A stretch of DNA of 64,000 nt from Bacteroidales bacterium (GCA_017634595.1 JAGBNC010000009.1:5559-69558); one strand, 5' to 3'; shown: positions 10,391-20,360, counted from the first letter of the stretch. Notes: generated by a model from the sequence alone, not told the origin. A program made the numbers and translations.

Positions 10391-11164
10391 TTATGGACAA
10401 GAACCTTTCATCTTTTTACGGAACGCTGATGGGGTCAGACCTGTCTCTTTCTTGAACAGGCGGGCAAAGTAGGATTGATCCTCTATGCCTACTTCTAGTG
10501 CTATATCGATAATTGGCTGTGTTGTCGTGGCGAGCAGTTTCTTCGAACGCTGAATCCGGACAATGTCAATCCAAGCACCAACGCTGCGTCCGGTGTTTTT
10601 CTTGACAAGCCGGCTGAGGTAATTCTCACTGATCCAGATTTCATCAGCATAGCATGCAATGGTGCCCGGCAATCTGGACGGCTCGAACAGATATTCGAGG
10701 AAGCGCGTTACGGCCGGATGTGTTGAGGCGCGGTGCTCAACTTTTATCCGTGACAGAAGCAGGTCAAGAGCCTTCTCAATGAAGACGCGGTCACCCTTCT
10801 CATATGAAGATGCCAGCATCTCAAACAGCAGGCCCATAAAAGCCCCTTCTTCAAACCAAAAGCCTTGATGAATGGGCGCAGTGAGATACTGGAGCGGTCT
10901 TGTGTCCAACAGAACAGAAGGGGAGAATCCTCCCGTGTATCCCACTGCATCCCGGTAGAAGCTGATGGCGAAGGGTGTCTGCTGCGGTATCAGCAGAAGC
11001 TGCCCGGATTGGCACAGATACGGAGATCCGTCTATATCTGCGAGCACTTCACCAGAGTTAACGTAGATGAAGCCGATAAGCGCCAACTGAGCAGCTGGAA
11101 TTGCGGATGTTTTAGTATATCCGGAAGTGTCCATCCTTCTTATGAAGAACGCAGGGGCTGCCAT
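10391..11164 (-). CDS. AraC-family transcriptional regulator
   Basis: C-terminal double HTH (ENYLSRLVKK...DQSYFARLFKKETGLTPSAFR). Confidence 0.92.
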   Translation of the reverse strand: MAAPAFFIRRMDTSGYTKTSAIPAAQLALIGFIYVNSGEVLADIDGSPYLCQSGQLLLIPQQTPFAISFYRDAVGYTGGFSPSVLLDTRPLQYLTAPIHQGFWFEEGAFMGLLFEMLASSYEKGDRVFIEKALDLLLSRIKVEHRASTHPAVTRFLEYLFEPSRLPGTIACYADEIWISENYLSRLVKKNTGRSVGAWIDIVRIQRSKKLLATTTQPIIDIALEVGIEDQSYFARLFKKETGLTPSAFRKKMKGSCP

Positions 11165-11476
11165 TTAGCTCTCGATTACTTCCAGATAAAAACTCACCGG
11201 ACGAAAACCATCATTGCACGAAATCATTGCGCTCATAGGGTTTTTCATCCATCCGTCGAAAAAGTTGCCTTCACCTTTTGCCAACGACTCAACAAACGTC
11301 CGCATCGACTCCCATGCCGATTCGCACATCCCGAGTGGGCGTTGCCCATCTTCTGAAATCCAACTCTGGCCTATAAGCACATTGCACGTGTGCAAGATTG
11401 GATTCTCATATTTTGCCATAAGGTCCGGATACTCTGTCTTCCGGACAGCCGTAATCTTGACCTTGTTCATCGCCAT
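11165..11476 (-). CDS. TIGR04076-family protein
   Basis: KVKITAVRK...C...PLGMCESAW...CNDGFRPVSFYLE pattern. Confidence 0.8.
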   Translation of the reverse strand: MAMNKVKITAVRKTEYPDLMAKYENPILHTCNVLIGQSWISEDGQRPLGMCESAWESMRTFVESLAKGEGNFFDGWMKNPMSAMISCNDGFRPVSFYLEVIES

Positions 11477-12981
11477 TACACAATATGTAAAGAACCTGCA
11501 GCGAAGAGTACGAGATAACCCAGCACAACGCTGATGGCACCGATAATGACACCCATCTTTATCATGTCCTTCTGCTGTATAAGGTTCGTGGCATAGGCGA
11601 GTGCATTAGGAGGTGTGGATATGGGCAGAATCATAGCGCTGGAGGAGGCTATGGCGACACCAATCAGCACGGTGGATGTCCCGCCGACGGCAGCGAGTTT
11701 GTCTCCCATGGCCATACATACTACCACCAGAATCGGCATGAGCAGGGCTGCTGTGGCGGAGTGGGAAATCAAGTTGGAAAGCCCGTAGCACAGCAATCCG
11801 GACAGAATGACGATCAGAAGAGGGGAGAAGTTGCCGAACGGGATGGCACGGACCACCAGAGCCGCCAGACCGGAACCGTTCATGGCATAACCCATGGCGA
11901 ATCCGCCGGCCACCATCCAGATGACTGACCAGTTGATCTCTTCCAAATCGTATTTGGTGATGATACCGGCCAGCGCAAAGACTGCAAACGGGATAAGGGC
12001 CACCGTGTAAGTGTTGATGCCTGTTACGGTATCCATCATCCAGAGGAGGATGGTGACAATCATGGTGACAATCACAAGGACTGTTTCCTTGCCACGCTTC
12101 ATCTCGCCGTCGATCTTCAGCTCTATGGTCTTCTGTGAGAAGGGGAACAATGTCTTGAGCAAGAACCAGGCAATCAGGATCATGACGATCACCAGAGGCA
12201 CCATGAACAGCATCCACTGACCAAAGCCGATACCAAGATTCAGACCTTCCGGGTCGTTAAGATACTTCAAGGCGATTGTGTTCGGGGGAGTGCCGATGGG
12301 CGTTCCCATTCCGCCGAGATTGGCTGCAATAGGTATGCTGAGAGCCATGGCCGTACGGCCTTTTCCGGCTTCCGGAAGCTGCTTGAAAACAGGCGTGAGG
12401 AAAGTAAGCATCATGGCCGTGGTCGCAGTGTTGCTGATGAACATGGAGAAAAGGGCGGTCACCAGCATGAAGCCCAGCAGTATGTTCTCGCTCTTTTTGC
12501 CGAACGGGGTCAGCAGCACACGGGCGAGATGTACATCAAGTCCGGTTTTGGTGGTAGCGATTGCAAGTACGAAACCACCTATGAAGAGCATCACCACAGG
12601 GTCGGCGAAACTGGCCATAACCTGCTTGTAGCTAAGGAGCTGCCCGGCAGAAGTGGGGTCGCAGATCCATTTGATTCCGGAATCGGAGGTGCAGAGCAGG
12701 AGGAAGACCATGATAGACACGGATGTCGCCCAGGCCGGAACCAGTTCAAACACCCACATCAATGTGGCGTACACGAATATGGCTATTATTCTTTGCTGTA
12801 TCTGGGTAAGCCCGTCAATGCCGAACGACTCGGTGGGCAGGAACCACAGTGCTATTACAATGGCGGCGACAAAAATGAGGCCGAAACTCTTCTTCTTCAG
12901 TACCGAAAGATTCAATCGGTTGCTCTGACGCAATTTATGCATCTGCTCAACCAGATTGAAACCAGTGAAATTCTTGAACAT
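11476..12981 (-). CDS. SLC13/DASS-family permease
   Basis: SMFISNTATTAMML, GTPIGTPPN and PISTPPNALA motifs; many TM helices. Confidence 0.92.
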   Translation of the reverse strand: MFKNFTGFNLVEQMHKLRQSNRLNLSVLKKKSFGLIFVAAIVIALWFLPTESFGIDGLTQIQQRIIAIFVYATLMWVFELVPAWATSVSIMVFLLLCTSDSGIKWICDPTSAGQLLSYKQVMASFADPVVMLFIGGFVLAIATTKTGLDVHLARVLLTPFGKKSENILLGFMLVTALFSMFISNTATTAMMLTFLTPVFKQLPEAGKGRTAMALSIPIAANLGGMGTPIGTPPNTIALKYLNDPEGLNLGIGFGQWMLFMVPLVIVMILIAWFLLKTLFPFSQKTIELKIDGEMKRGKETVLVIVTMIVTILLWMMDTVTGINTYTVALIPFAVFALAGIITKYDLEEINWSVIWMVAGGFAMGYAMNGSGLAALVVRAIPFGNFSPLLIVILSGLLCYGLSNLISHSATAALLMPILVVVCMAMGDKLAAVGGTSTVLIGVAIASSSAMILPISTPPNALAYATNLIQQKDMIKMGVIIGAISVVLGYLVLFAAGSLHIV

Positions 12982-13007
12982 GTTATCGTTATAATTGCTT
13001 TGAAAGA

Positions 13008-14606
13008 TTATTCATAGGTAAAGCGGATGTCAACAGGTATGCTGGCATTCTCCAGGACCCTCTTGTCGGAGAGGCTCTCAGGCCCGGCAAATCCATATTT
13101 GGATATCCAAGCACGGGCGCCCTCGACATCTCCATGGGCCTGCATATCGAGTATCTTGGAGCCGAGGGTCTCCAGGGCCTGCCAAGTCTTGTCGTAGTCA
13201 ATGCTGTATCGGCCTGAAGGGTTCCATATAATAGCCTTGCTTTCCAGCAGGTAGTTATAGACAACGATATTGGCAATGCCGGTAGGATCAGCCGCACCGA
13301 AGCGGGTGGACCTTATGGTGTTGGTGACGAAAGTGGTGAGCACATCCTCCTTCTGGAAAAGGGCGGATATGTGGTACGCTTCAGCTTCCTGAGCGCACAA
13401 CCAGGCTCCCAGTACATTGGATTTGGCTTTCTCCAGTACCAGTGCTTCGTCAGCCAATGCTTCGGCCACGGTGCCCTTGCCGTTGACGGTCTCTTTTACG
13501 CCCAAACCTTTCGCAATCTCACGGAATACGATAGTCCAGTAGAAGGCACTGGCATCAACGTGGGGTTGGAAAACTTCCTCCAGCAGAGCATTCCCCACCG
13601 GATGAACCGTGCGGTTGAACTTTTCGCGGATGATATTGTCGAAGATGATGGTGCGGGTGCCAAGTTTCTCCTGTACCTCTGTATCATAAGGGAAGTTGAT
13701 GCCGATTACTTTGAATCCTGCATTGGTATAGCCACTGCAATACAGCACGTTGCAAGAGAAGATATCGGACTCGGCACCAGGGACAAAATCATGGTTGGCC
13801 GGATCTCCCGGAAGCATTTTCTGCAGCTCCGGCATGCGGGCCGACAGTGCATTGAGCTCTTCGGTACGCTGCAGGTTCTTCAGAAGGACATAGGCGCCGT
13901 AGGATGCTTTGGTTCCGTTGATGGCATCATCCACAGCTTCGATAGGGCCGATCACAAGATCCATCTTGCTGTCGTTCATCTCCAGCCATGCTTTGTAACT
14001 GTTATAATAGTCGTCCGTCTTGAGGCCTTCAATCATTTGGAGAAGATAGTGGCGCACACTCTCCTTGATGGTGACATCGGCGGCTCTTGTAAGATACTCT
14101 TCAATTTTGCCTATATGCTCAGCGTAAGCTTCATGATACCAGACGGTTTTCAGTTTGCCGTCTTCAGTACGCCGGACAAGTGTATAAGGGCTGTTCTTGA
14201 GGGGATTGTCCCATAAACGGAATTCCTCCGAAGTCATGTCGGCAGGATAGAAGCAGGCACCTGCCGGTTTGTTGCCATAGCCCGGAAGAAATGGTTTCCC
14301 GTCTATACGGTCCCAGGGGCCGTAATTGATTTCTGCATAGAGTATTTCGGATGGATCTTCAAGAGCCCCCAGGAAGGCATCCCCGTCACCGAAATACTGC
14401 TGCCAGTATATTTTGTCAACTTCGTCGGCGGCCTTCCGGTAAAGCCGCAAGACTTCTTTTCCATTGTCTGTTATGCCCGTCAAGTCCGGAGCCGGAATGG
14501 TCACTTGGGCATAGTTTTTCACGAGTCTGCCCACATCGGCTCTTTCCTGTGCGCAGGATACTGCGCATAAGCCGGCGAGTAGAAGTAAAACAGTATTTAT
14601 TCTCAT
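13008..14606 (-). CDS. Second M49-like lipoprotein, Zn motif fully lost
   Basis: Paralog of 7030..8634 (EINYGPWDR, MDLVIGP); FREIAKGLG and LEKAKSN replace both His and the distal Glu ligand; lipobox AVS-C. Confidence 0.85.
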   Translation of the reverse strand: MRINTVLLLLAGLCAVSCAQERADVGRLVKNYAQVTIPAPDLTGITDNGKEVLRLYRKAADEVDKIYWQQYFGDGDAFLGALEDPSEILYAEINYGPWDRIDGKPFLPGYGNKPAGACFYPADMTSEEFRLWDNPLKNSPYTLVRRTEDGKLKTVWYHEAYAEHIGKIEEYLTRAADVTIKESVRHYLLQMIEGLKTDDYYNSYKAWLEMNDSKMDLVIGPIEAVDDAINGTKASYGAYVLLKNLQRTEELNALSARMPELQKMLPGDPANHDFVPGAESDIFSCNVLYCSGYTNAGFKVIGINFPYDTEVQEKLGTRTIIFDNIIREKFNRTVHPVGNALLEEVFQPHVDASAFYWTIVFREIAKGLGVKETVNGKGTVAEALADEALVLEKAKSNVLGAWLCAQEAEAYHISALFQKEDVLTTFVTNTIRSTRFGAADPTGIANIVVYNYLLESKAIIWNPSGRYSIDYDKTWQALETLGSKILDMQAHGDVEGARAWISKYGFAGPESLSDKRVLENASIPVDIRFTYE

Positions 14607-14625
14607 GTTGAATAGTTTTAATCTG

Positions 14626-14654
14626 CAAAGATAACAATATATTTACTATCTTTG
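14626..14654. promoter_or_regulatory. Back-to-back Bacteroidetes promoters
   Basis: TATCTTTG on the minus strand (14626-14633) and on the plus strand (14647-14654) between divergent genes. Confidence 0.6.
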
Positions 14655-14729
14655 TTGACCGAATTCAGATATTGACATCTATCCCGTGGTAGCTGTGCTT
14701 TTCTTTTGATTTTGAATAGGAAGCCATAA

Positions 14730-16412
14730 ATGGATTTAACAGCAATCATTACCTCTTTGCTTACGCTCCTTGCAGGAATCGGTGTTTTCCTGATTGCGTG
14801 CCAGATGATGAGCTCGAACCTGGAAGCAGCGAGCTCGGAAAAACTGAAAGTACTCTTTTCCAAAGCTTCCAATAGTAAGTTGATGGGAGTCGGAATCGGC
14901 GCTCTGGGGACAGCCGCTATCCAGAGTTCCGGTGCCACCACGGTCATGACCATCGGCTTTGTCAATGCCGGCATCATTTCCCTCTCGCAGGCGGCCACCA
15001 TCATCTATGGCGCCAACATCGGTACAACTGTTACGGCCCAGATCGTTGCCCTGGGTATGTTTGGCGGCAATTCCGTATCGACAAGCGTCATTTTCTCGGC
15101 CTTCGCCGGGCTCGGTGCTTTCCTGAGCATCTTTGCCAAGAAGAGCGGGCCAAAGACGCTGGGCGGTATTCTTGCGGGATTCGGTATGCTGTTCGTGGGT
15201 CTGGAACTCATGAGCGGTTCCATGGAGACATTTGCGGCGCTTGACGGTGTCAAGACCTTCCTTGCCGGGATTGGCAATCCTGTACTGCTGGTGCTGCTGG
15301 GTGCAGTTTTCACAGCCATTATTCAGAGTTCATCCGTCATGACTTCCATTGCGCTTGCCATGGTGGTGACCGGACTCATAGGGATAGATCAGGGTATCTA
15401 CCTGACCATGGGCTCCAATATCGGATCCTGCGTGGTCGCTGTCATAGCCGGAGTCACTAGCGGGACGAATGCGAAGCGTACCGCGCTCATCCACTTGCTT
15501 TTCAACTGCACCGGCGTTGTCATTTTCATGCTGGCTGCTATGGTCCTGAGCTGGTTTGACATCTCCTACGGGAGTCTGTTTGAAAGGCTGTTCCCCTCGG
15601 CGCCACAGGTTCAGCTGGCCATGTTCCATACTTTCTTCAATACGGCAACAGTGGGAATTATGCTTCCCCTGACAGGTGCACTGGTCGGGCTGGTGTCGAG
15701 GATGATTCCCGAACGCACAGTGCCGAAGGACGCAGAATTCAGCCTCCGATATGTCGATGACAATATGCTTCGTACCCCTCCGGTGGCTGTCTCGCAGGTT
15801 AAACGCGAGATTCTGCGTATGGCCGATATCGCCCTTGAGAACGTGGACCGCGCCTTGAACATGGCTGTTCAGCTTGATTTCTCCTTTAAGAGCCAGTTTG
15901 AGAGTGATGAGCGGCAGCTGAACTTTATCAACCGGGAGCTTGTGGGCTTTGTCGTAAGATTGAGCGGCAGGAGCGGTCTGGGAGAGAAGGACAGAACGTA
16001 CCTCTCCGGAACATTTCGCAATATCCGGGATTTAGAGCGAGTCGGCGATTATGCAGAAAACATCGTTGAATATGCTACCGTACTTGCCGATACCTCGCAG
16101 CAGTTCTCCGACGATGCCAAGTATGAAATCAGTCAGATGAAGAAGCTCCTTCACGAGCTATATGACTATACGATTGACGCTTATCAGAATGAGAGTTTAG
16201 CTTCCCTCGACAAGGCTAATGCTATTGAGGAGGAAATTGACGACTACACAAGAAGAATGGAAGAGGGACATATCACACGTATGGAGAAAGGAATCTGTAC
16301 TCCATCTGTGGGGGCGCAGTACCTGGAGCTTTCTTCCAATGCTGAGCGTATTGCCGACCACCTGATCAATATGGCAAAATCTATCAAATCGCTTAAAGTC
16401 AATTTATTATAA
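14730..16412 (+). CDS. Na/Pi cotransporter with PhoU-like C-terminal domains
   Basis: Two QSS motifs (AAIQSSGATT, AIIQSSS), GANIGTT and GSNIGS, then DLERVGDYAENI and NAERIADH. Confidence 0.93.
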   Translation: MDLTAIITSLLTLLAGIGVFLIACQMMSSNLEAASSEKLKVLFSKASNSKLMGVGIGALGTAAIQSSGATTVMTIGFVNAGIISLSQAATIIYGANIGTTVTAQIVALGMFGGNSVSTSVIFSAFAGLGAFLSIFAKKSGPKTLGGILAGFGMLFVGLELMSGSMETFAALDGVKTFLAGIGNPVLLVLLGAVFTAIIQSSSVMTSIALAMVVTGLIGIDQGIYLTMGSNIGSCVVAVIAGVTSGTNAKRTALIHLLFNCTGVVIFMLAAMVLSWFDISYGSLFERLFPSAPQVQLAMFHTFFNTATVGIMLPLTGALVGLVSRMIPERTVPKDAEFSLRYVDDNMLRTPPVAVSQVKREILRMADIALENVDRALNMAVQLDFSFKSQFESDERQLNFINRELVGFVVRLSGRSGLGEKDRTYLSGTFRNIRDLERVGDYAENIVEYATVLADTSQQFSDDAKYEISQMKKLLHELYDYTIDAYQNESLASLDKANAIEEEIDDYTRRMEEGHITRMEKGICTPSVGAQYLELSSNAERIADHLINMAKSIKSLKVNLL

Positions 16413-16417
16413 AAGAG

Positions 16418-16443
16418 AGGCCCTCGCATCACTGTGAGGGCCT
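16418..16443. terminator. Hairpin between convergent genes
   Basis: AGGCCCTCGCA-TCAC-TGTGAGGGCCT followed by a T-rich tract. Confidence 0.7.
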
Positions 16444-16464
16444 TGTTCGTTTTCTGCCGTTATC

Positions 16465-16902
16465 TCAGAGTTTACCTATGAGTCTTTCGGCCCTAGGGCC
16501 GCGAAGCTCTACAATTTCCGTTGCCGGTTCATAGGCGTAATTGGAGAAGTCGAAAAGTTGGACGTATGCAATGGCAGCAATAGCATTATAGTATGCCTCC
16601 AGGCGGATAACTCCGCCATTGGGATTGATTTTCACTTCCGGTTCTACGTCCTTCCCGTCCAGGAAGCCTTTCAGGGACTCCCTGCAGGCGTGATCCACAT
16701 CAAGCGCTTTTTTCTGGAGTACAATGTTTTCTCCTTCCCGCTTGTAAGCGCTCTTGTAGAAAAGCAGCATCAATAGACCGCAGGCGGCAATGATGGCGCC
16801 CAGTCCGGCGTTGACAAAAAACAGGCCGATGCCAGCGGCCAGAACTATGGCAGATATGATGAAGTCCTTTGAAGTATGGACCTTTTTGAGTTTGATTTCC
16901 AT
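16465..16902 (-). CDS. Hypothetical membrane protein
   Basis: 145 aa; two N-terminal TM helices plus a soluble domain; 2 bp downstream of the antiporter. Confidence 0.75.
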   Translation of the reverse strand: MEIKLKKVHTSKDFIISAIVLAAGIGLFFVNAGLGAIIAACGLLMLLFYKSAYKREGENIVLQKKALDVDHACRESLKGFLDGKDVEPEVKINPNGGVIRLEAYYNAIAAIAYVQLFDFSNYAYEPATEIVELRGPRAERLIGKL

Positions 16903-16904
16903 GA

Positions 16905-17831
16905 TTATAGATTGATAAAAAGATAAGTGTAATAAGCCCCGAAAAGCAGGAGCATCAGAGCCCCTTCCCAGCGGTCAATCCGTTCTCTCCGGCCAGTGTA
17001 GGCCCAAAGAAGCAGAAGCGCTACACTCAGAAGAAGCACTAGCGCATCGGCATACGTAACAGATGCGAAGGAAAGGGGAGTAATGAGGGCCGATGAGCCC
17101 AGAATAAGGAGAATGTTGAAAACGTTCGAGCCCAATATATTGCCAAGCGCCAGCTGATCCCGCCCTTTGAGAGCGGCCACAAGGCTGGTGGCGAGTTCCG
17201 GTAGGGAGGTTCCTCCGGCCAGGATGGTGACGGCGATGAATTTGTCACTGACACCCAGAATCCGGGCCAGAGCCGTAGCCGAATCCACGAACAGGTTGCC
17301 GCCGAAGATGAGCCCGGCCAGTCCTGCAAGGACAAGGAGAATGGCCAGCCAAAGCTTCCTGGGCTTTGACGGAGCAGACTCTTCTTCTGATGGTTTTCCA
17401 CCCCTGAAAGAGGCAAATATATACAAGGCGAACACTATGATAAATAGTGCTCCCTCCAGACGGGACAGGCCGTGAATCATCCCGAAGCCCAGGAAGAGCA
17501 ACGTGACCAATAAAGTCACCGGGATGTCCCTTTTCCTGTTGTCAGGTGTCATCGAGACCGGGCGGAGCAGTGCCGTGAGGCCAAGGATAAACAAGACATT
17601 GAAAATGTTGGAGCCCAGTACGTTGCCCACGGCAACATCGGCATTCCCTTCCAATGCCCCCGTGAGACTTACCACCAGTTCCGGGCACGAGGTGCCGAAG
17701 CCTACTATGGTAAGACCTATCACGAATTCGCTCACGCCGGCCTTTCTCGCTATAGAAGAAGCACCTTCAACAAGCCAGTCAGCGCCCAGGACAATGAGCC
17801 CCAGGCCGACCAGCAGCCAAATAATAGTCAT
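16905..17831 (-). CDS. Calcium/sodium antiporter (CaCA, YrbG-like)
   Basis: Alpha repeats GFGTSCPEL...GSNIFN and GGTSLPEL...GSNVFN. Confidence 0.95.
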   Translation of the reverse strand: MTIIWLLVGLGLIVLGADWLVEGASSIARKAGVSEFVIGLTIVGFGTSCPELVVSLTGALEGNADVAVGNVLGSNIFNVLFILGLTALLRPVSMTPDNRKRDIPVTLLVTLLFLGFGMIHGLSRLEGALFIIVFALYIFASFRGGKPSEEESAPSKPRKLWLAILLVLAGLAGLIFGGNLFVDSATALARILGVSDKFIAVTILAGGTSLPELATSLVAALKGRDQLALGNILGSNVFNILLILGSSALITPLSFASVTYADALVLLLSVALLLLWAYTGRRERIDRWEGALMLLLFGAYYTYLFINL

Positions 17832-17920
17832 TTTGGTTGTTCTGAATAGGATTATTGATTCTTCACTATGTTCAGGATGTTATTCTGTGGAGGCTTTAGG
17901 GCCTACGCAGAACCTGCCTG

Positions 17921-18271
17921 CTAAAGCCTCAGGCGGCAAATGGAGAACAGATACCTTTCAGAAATATAGATTCCGGCCAGATGCACTACGGACTGGGCCA
18001 GGAATGGATGCAAATGGTTGTTGTTGATGACTTTGCCGCATTTGACGATGCGGAAGGTCGAGCGGACTTGCGGATTGACCCGCCTGCCGGATTGTGCTGT
18101 CTTGACGGAAACAGAGTTTGTGCTGTCACTGCCGGCAAAAGTATATCCCTGTGCCGCTATAATGCAGATGTCGCGGTTGTGAGTGACAGCAGAGACCGCA
18201 CTCACTTCTTCCGTCCGTCCTCCGGAAAGGAAGGACAGCAGGACGGAAAATATGAGCACAAATAGCTTCAC
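17921..18271 (-). CDS. Hypothetical signal-peptide ORF upstream of the antiporter (possible leader)
   Basis: 116 aa with a hydrophobic N-terminus; ends YLFSICRLRL; the stop lies inside a 10-bp inverted repeat. Confidence 0.6.
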   Translation of the reverse strand: MKLFVLIFSVLLSFLSGGRTEEVSAVSAVTHNRDICIIAAQGYTFAGSDSTNSVSVKTAQSGRRVNPQVRSTFRIVKCGKVINNNHLHPFLAQSVVHLAGIYISERYLFSICRLRL

Positions 18272-18277
18272 GTCAGC

Positions 18278-18847
18278 CTATTTCTTCATGAGGGACAGGC
18301 CTTCATGCCATGCTGTTCCGATCTTCTCTCCGATAGCGTAATAGTCATTTCGCATCTGGTCGAATGCGAAGGCGTTCAACTTGCCGGCATCGATCTTACC
18401 TTTCTCGTCGAGAACTCGTTCATCTGCCAGGACATTGACTATCTCACCCAGAACACGTAGTCCGTAGGGCTGGTCCTGGAATTCCACCACCTTGCACTCG
18501 AGCGTGACGGGGTAGTCGGTGACTACAGGTGCATTGACATTCTCACTTCCAACTGCATGCAGACCGCTCACAGCGAACTTGTCGGGATACTTGTTGCCGC
18601 TGGCGGTGCCCAGGTAATCGGACTCCTTCAGTGTGTCGGTCCCGGGGATGGAAAGTGTGAAAGCGTTACGTTCGCGCAGGTTCTTAACCGTCTTGTGGGA
18701 GGCTTCGAGGTTCAAGGCCACCATATTTGTATCGACAATCCCGCCCCATGCCATCATCATCACGTCCACGCTGTTGTCTTCGTTGTAAGTGCCGATCATA
18801 TAGGTAGGCATCGGGAATAGATAAGGTTTTGCACCTAAAGACTTCAT
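18278..18847 (-). CDS. Flavin reductase-like protein
   Basis: FPMPTYMIGTY, DVMMMAWGG, NAPVVTDYPVTLECKV. Start taken at MKSLGAK. Confidence 0.88.
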   Translation of the reverse strand: MKSLGAKPYLFPMPTYMIGTYNEDNSVDVMMMAWGGIVDTNMVALNLEASHKTVKNLRERNAFTLSIPGTDTLKESDYLGTASGNKYPDKFAVSGLHAVGSENVNAPVVTDYPVTLECKVVEFQDQPYGLRVLGEIVNVLADERVLDEKGKIDAGKLNAFAFDQMRNDYYAIGEKIGTAWHEGLSLMKK

Positions 18848-19334
18848 GGCTTGAAATATTTTAAAATGTTTATAATTCTTTGTGTGCGTCGCATTCCGGA
18901 TCACAAGGGAGCACAAATTGGTTCATGGTCCAAAGATAAGAAATCTTTTCCAAAGTCTTAGTATCAGATGACATGCATGCCAAGTTTTTTGCCATAACAA
19001 GAAGGATGAATGATTGACATGTAAATTCCAGTTCAATTGCCTGCTACTACTTCTTCGGCGGTGTTTTCGATGCTGGCATGTTCTTCTGGTACGACTACGT
19101 GCTGGCGGTCGTCTGGTTCGTCGTCAACTTCCTCTTCTTCTTCCGTTCCAAGATCTACTGGGGACTCGGAAAGAAAGCAGGTTATGCCTTGACCGAGCAG
19201 AGTGCCTTTGGCGTAGGATTCAAGAAATAAATACGATTTACCAATAAATAAGGATTGACACGCAGCCGTAAAGTTCCGACCTTTGCGCCAAGGCCGACAG
19301 GGAATCCTCAAAACCCCTTGCATAACGGATTGTG

Positions 19335-20189
19335 ATGCGACACAACAGGATCTTGGTGTATGGTGCCGGTGTTATTGGCAGTTATTACGCGACACTACTT
19401 GCCGCCGCCGGCGAGGATGTTTCGTTGCTGGCCCGTGGCCGGAGGCTGGAGCAACTCCGTACTCGGAAGGATATCACCGTTCTGGACCGGGTTGATTATT
19501 GCGACCGCTTCGACTTCATCTTTGTCGCTGTCCGCAGCAATCAGATGCTCTCCGCTCTCGAGGCGCTGCGAGGCAACGTATCTGAAACGCTTGTCACGCT
19601 GGCCAATTCGAACGGCGATTACACGGCCTGGGAGGAGGCCGCCAGGAAGGGGCGTCTCCTGCCCGCCTTCCCGGGAGCGGGCGGATCGATCGATTCCGAG
19701 GGCGTTCTCCATGCCAAACTTACACCGCGGTGGATACAGCCGACGGTCTACGGGGAGATAGACGGCAACCGGACGGAACGTTCCGCCGCACTCGGGGCAC
19801 TTTTCTGCAAGAGCGGTATCCCGTCCTGCGAAGTGAAGGACATATCGGCTTGGCAGCGCTGCCATCTCGGCCTGGTTGTCCCGCTGGCCGATGCCTATGC
19901 GCTCTCCGAAACCCCGGAAGCTGTCTGGAAGGACCGGCCGGTCATCCACCGGACAGCCATGGCACTGCGCAGCAACGTGAAGGCTCTCCGCCGTGAAGGA
20001 GTCCGCCTTGATCCGGTATGGCTGCACGGCATCCGCATTCTGCCCACCTTTGTCGTCGTCAGCATTCTCAGGAAGGTTTTCGCCTCGAAGTTCGCCTCAG
20101 TTTTCATGCGGCCCCACGCTATCAGTGGCCGCGAGGAGATGGACTTCCTGCACGAACTGTTCTATTCAGATTTGCTCATAAATACCTAA
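19335..20189 (+). CDS. Ketopantoate reductase (PanE/ApbA)-family protein
   Basis: ILVYGAGVIGS Rossmann motif, LARGRRL, DFIFVAVR, AWQRCHLGLVVP. Confidence 0.85.
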   Translation: MRHNRILVYGAGVIGSYYATLLAAAGEDVSLLARGRRLEQLRTRKDITVLDRVDYCDRFDFIFVAVRSNQMLSALEALRGNVSETLVTLANSNGDYTAWEEAARKGRLLPAFPGAGGSIDSEGVLHAKLTPRWIQPTVYGEIDGNRTERSAALGALFCKSGIPSCEVKDISAWQRCHLGLVVPLADAYALSETPEAVWKDRPVIHRTAMALRSNVKALRREGVRLDPVWLHGIRILPTFVVVSILRKVFASKFASVFMRPHAISGREEMDFLHELFYSDLLINT

Positions 20190-20255
20190 AAATAAGGATT
20201 GACGCGTCCATATATAGTTGCGACCTTTGTCAGTCTAATCAAGCATTGAATCACC

Positions 20256-20360
20256 ATGGAAAAGATCGGCATCCCACAGATCGGGGGAATCTTGGACATC
20301 GACTGCGGAGGAGGAATCAACATCGTCCGGCACTGGCTGGCAGCAACTGCACTGAAGTGA
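20256..20360 (+). pseudogene. Collapsed class I methyltransferase remnant
   Basis: 34 aa MEKIGIPQIGGILDIDCGGGINIVRHWLAATALK*: a motif-I-like ILDIxCGGG joined to a typical C-terminal HW...A.K end. Confidence 0.6.

Noticed and set aside
19033-19323. ORF with an acidic C-terminal tail
   Set aside because: Its 5' part runs through the duplicated promoter motif. It is probably a gene-end remnant, but no family was recognised.
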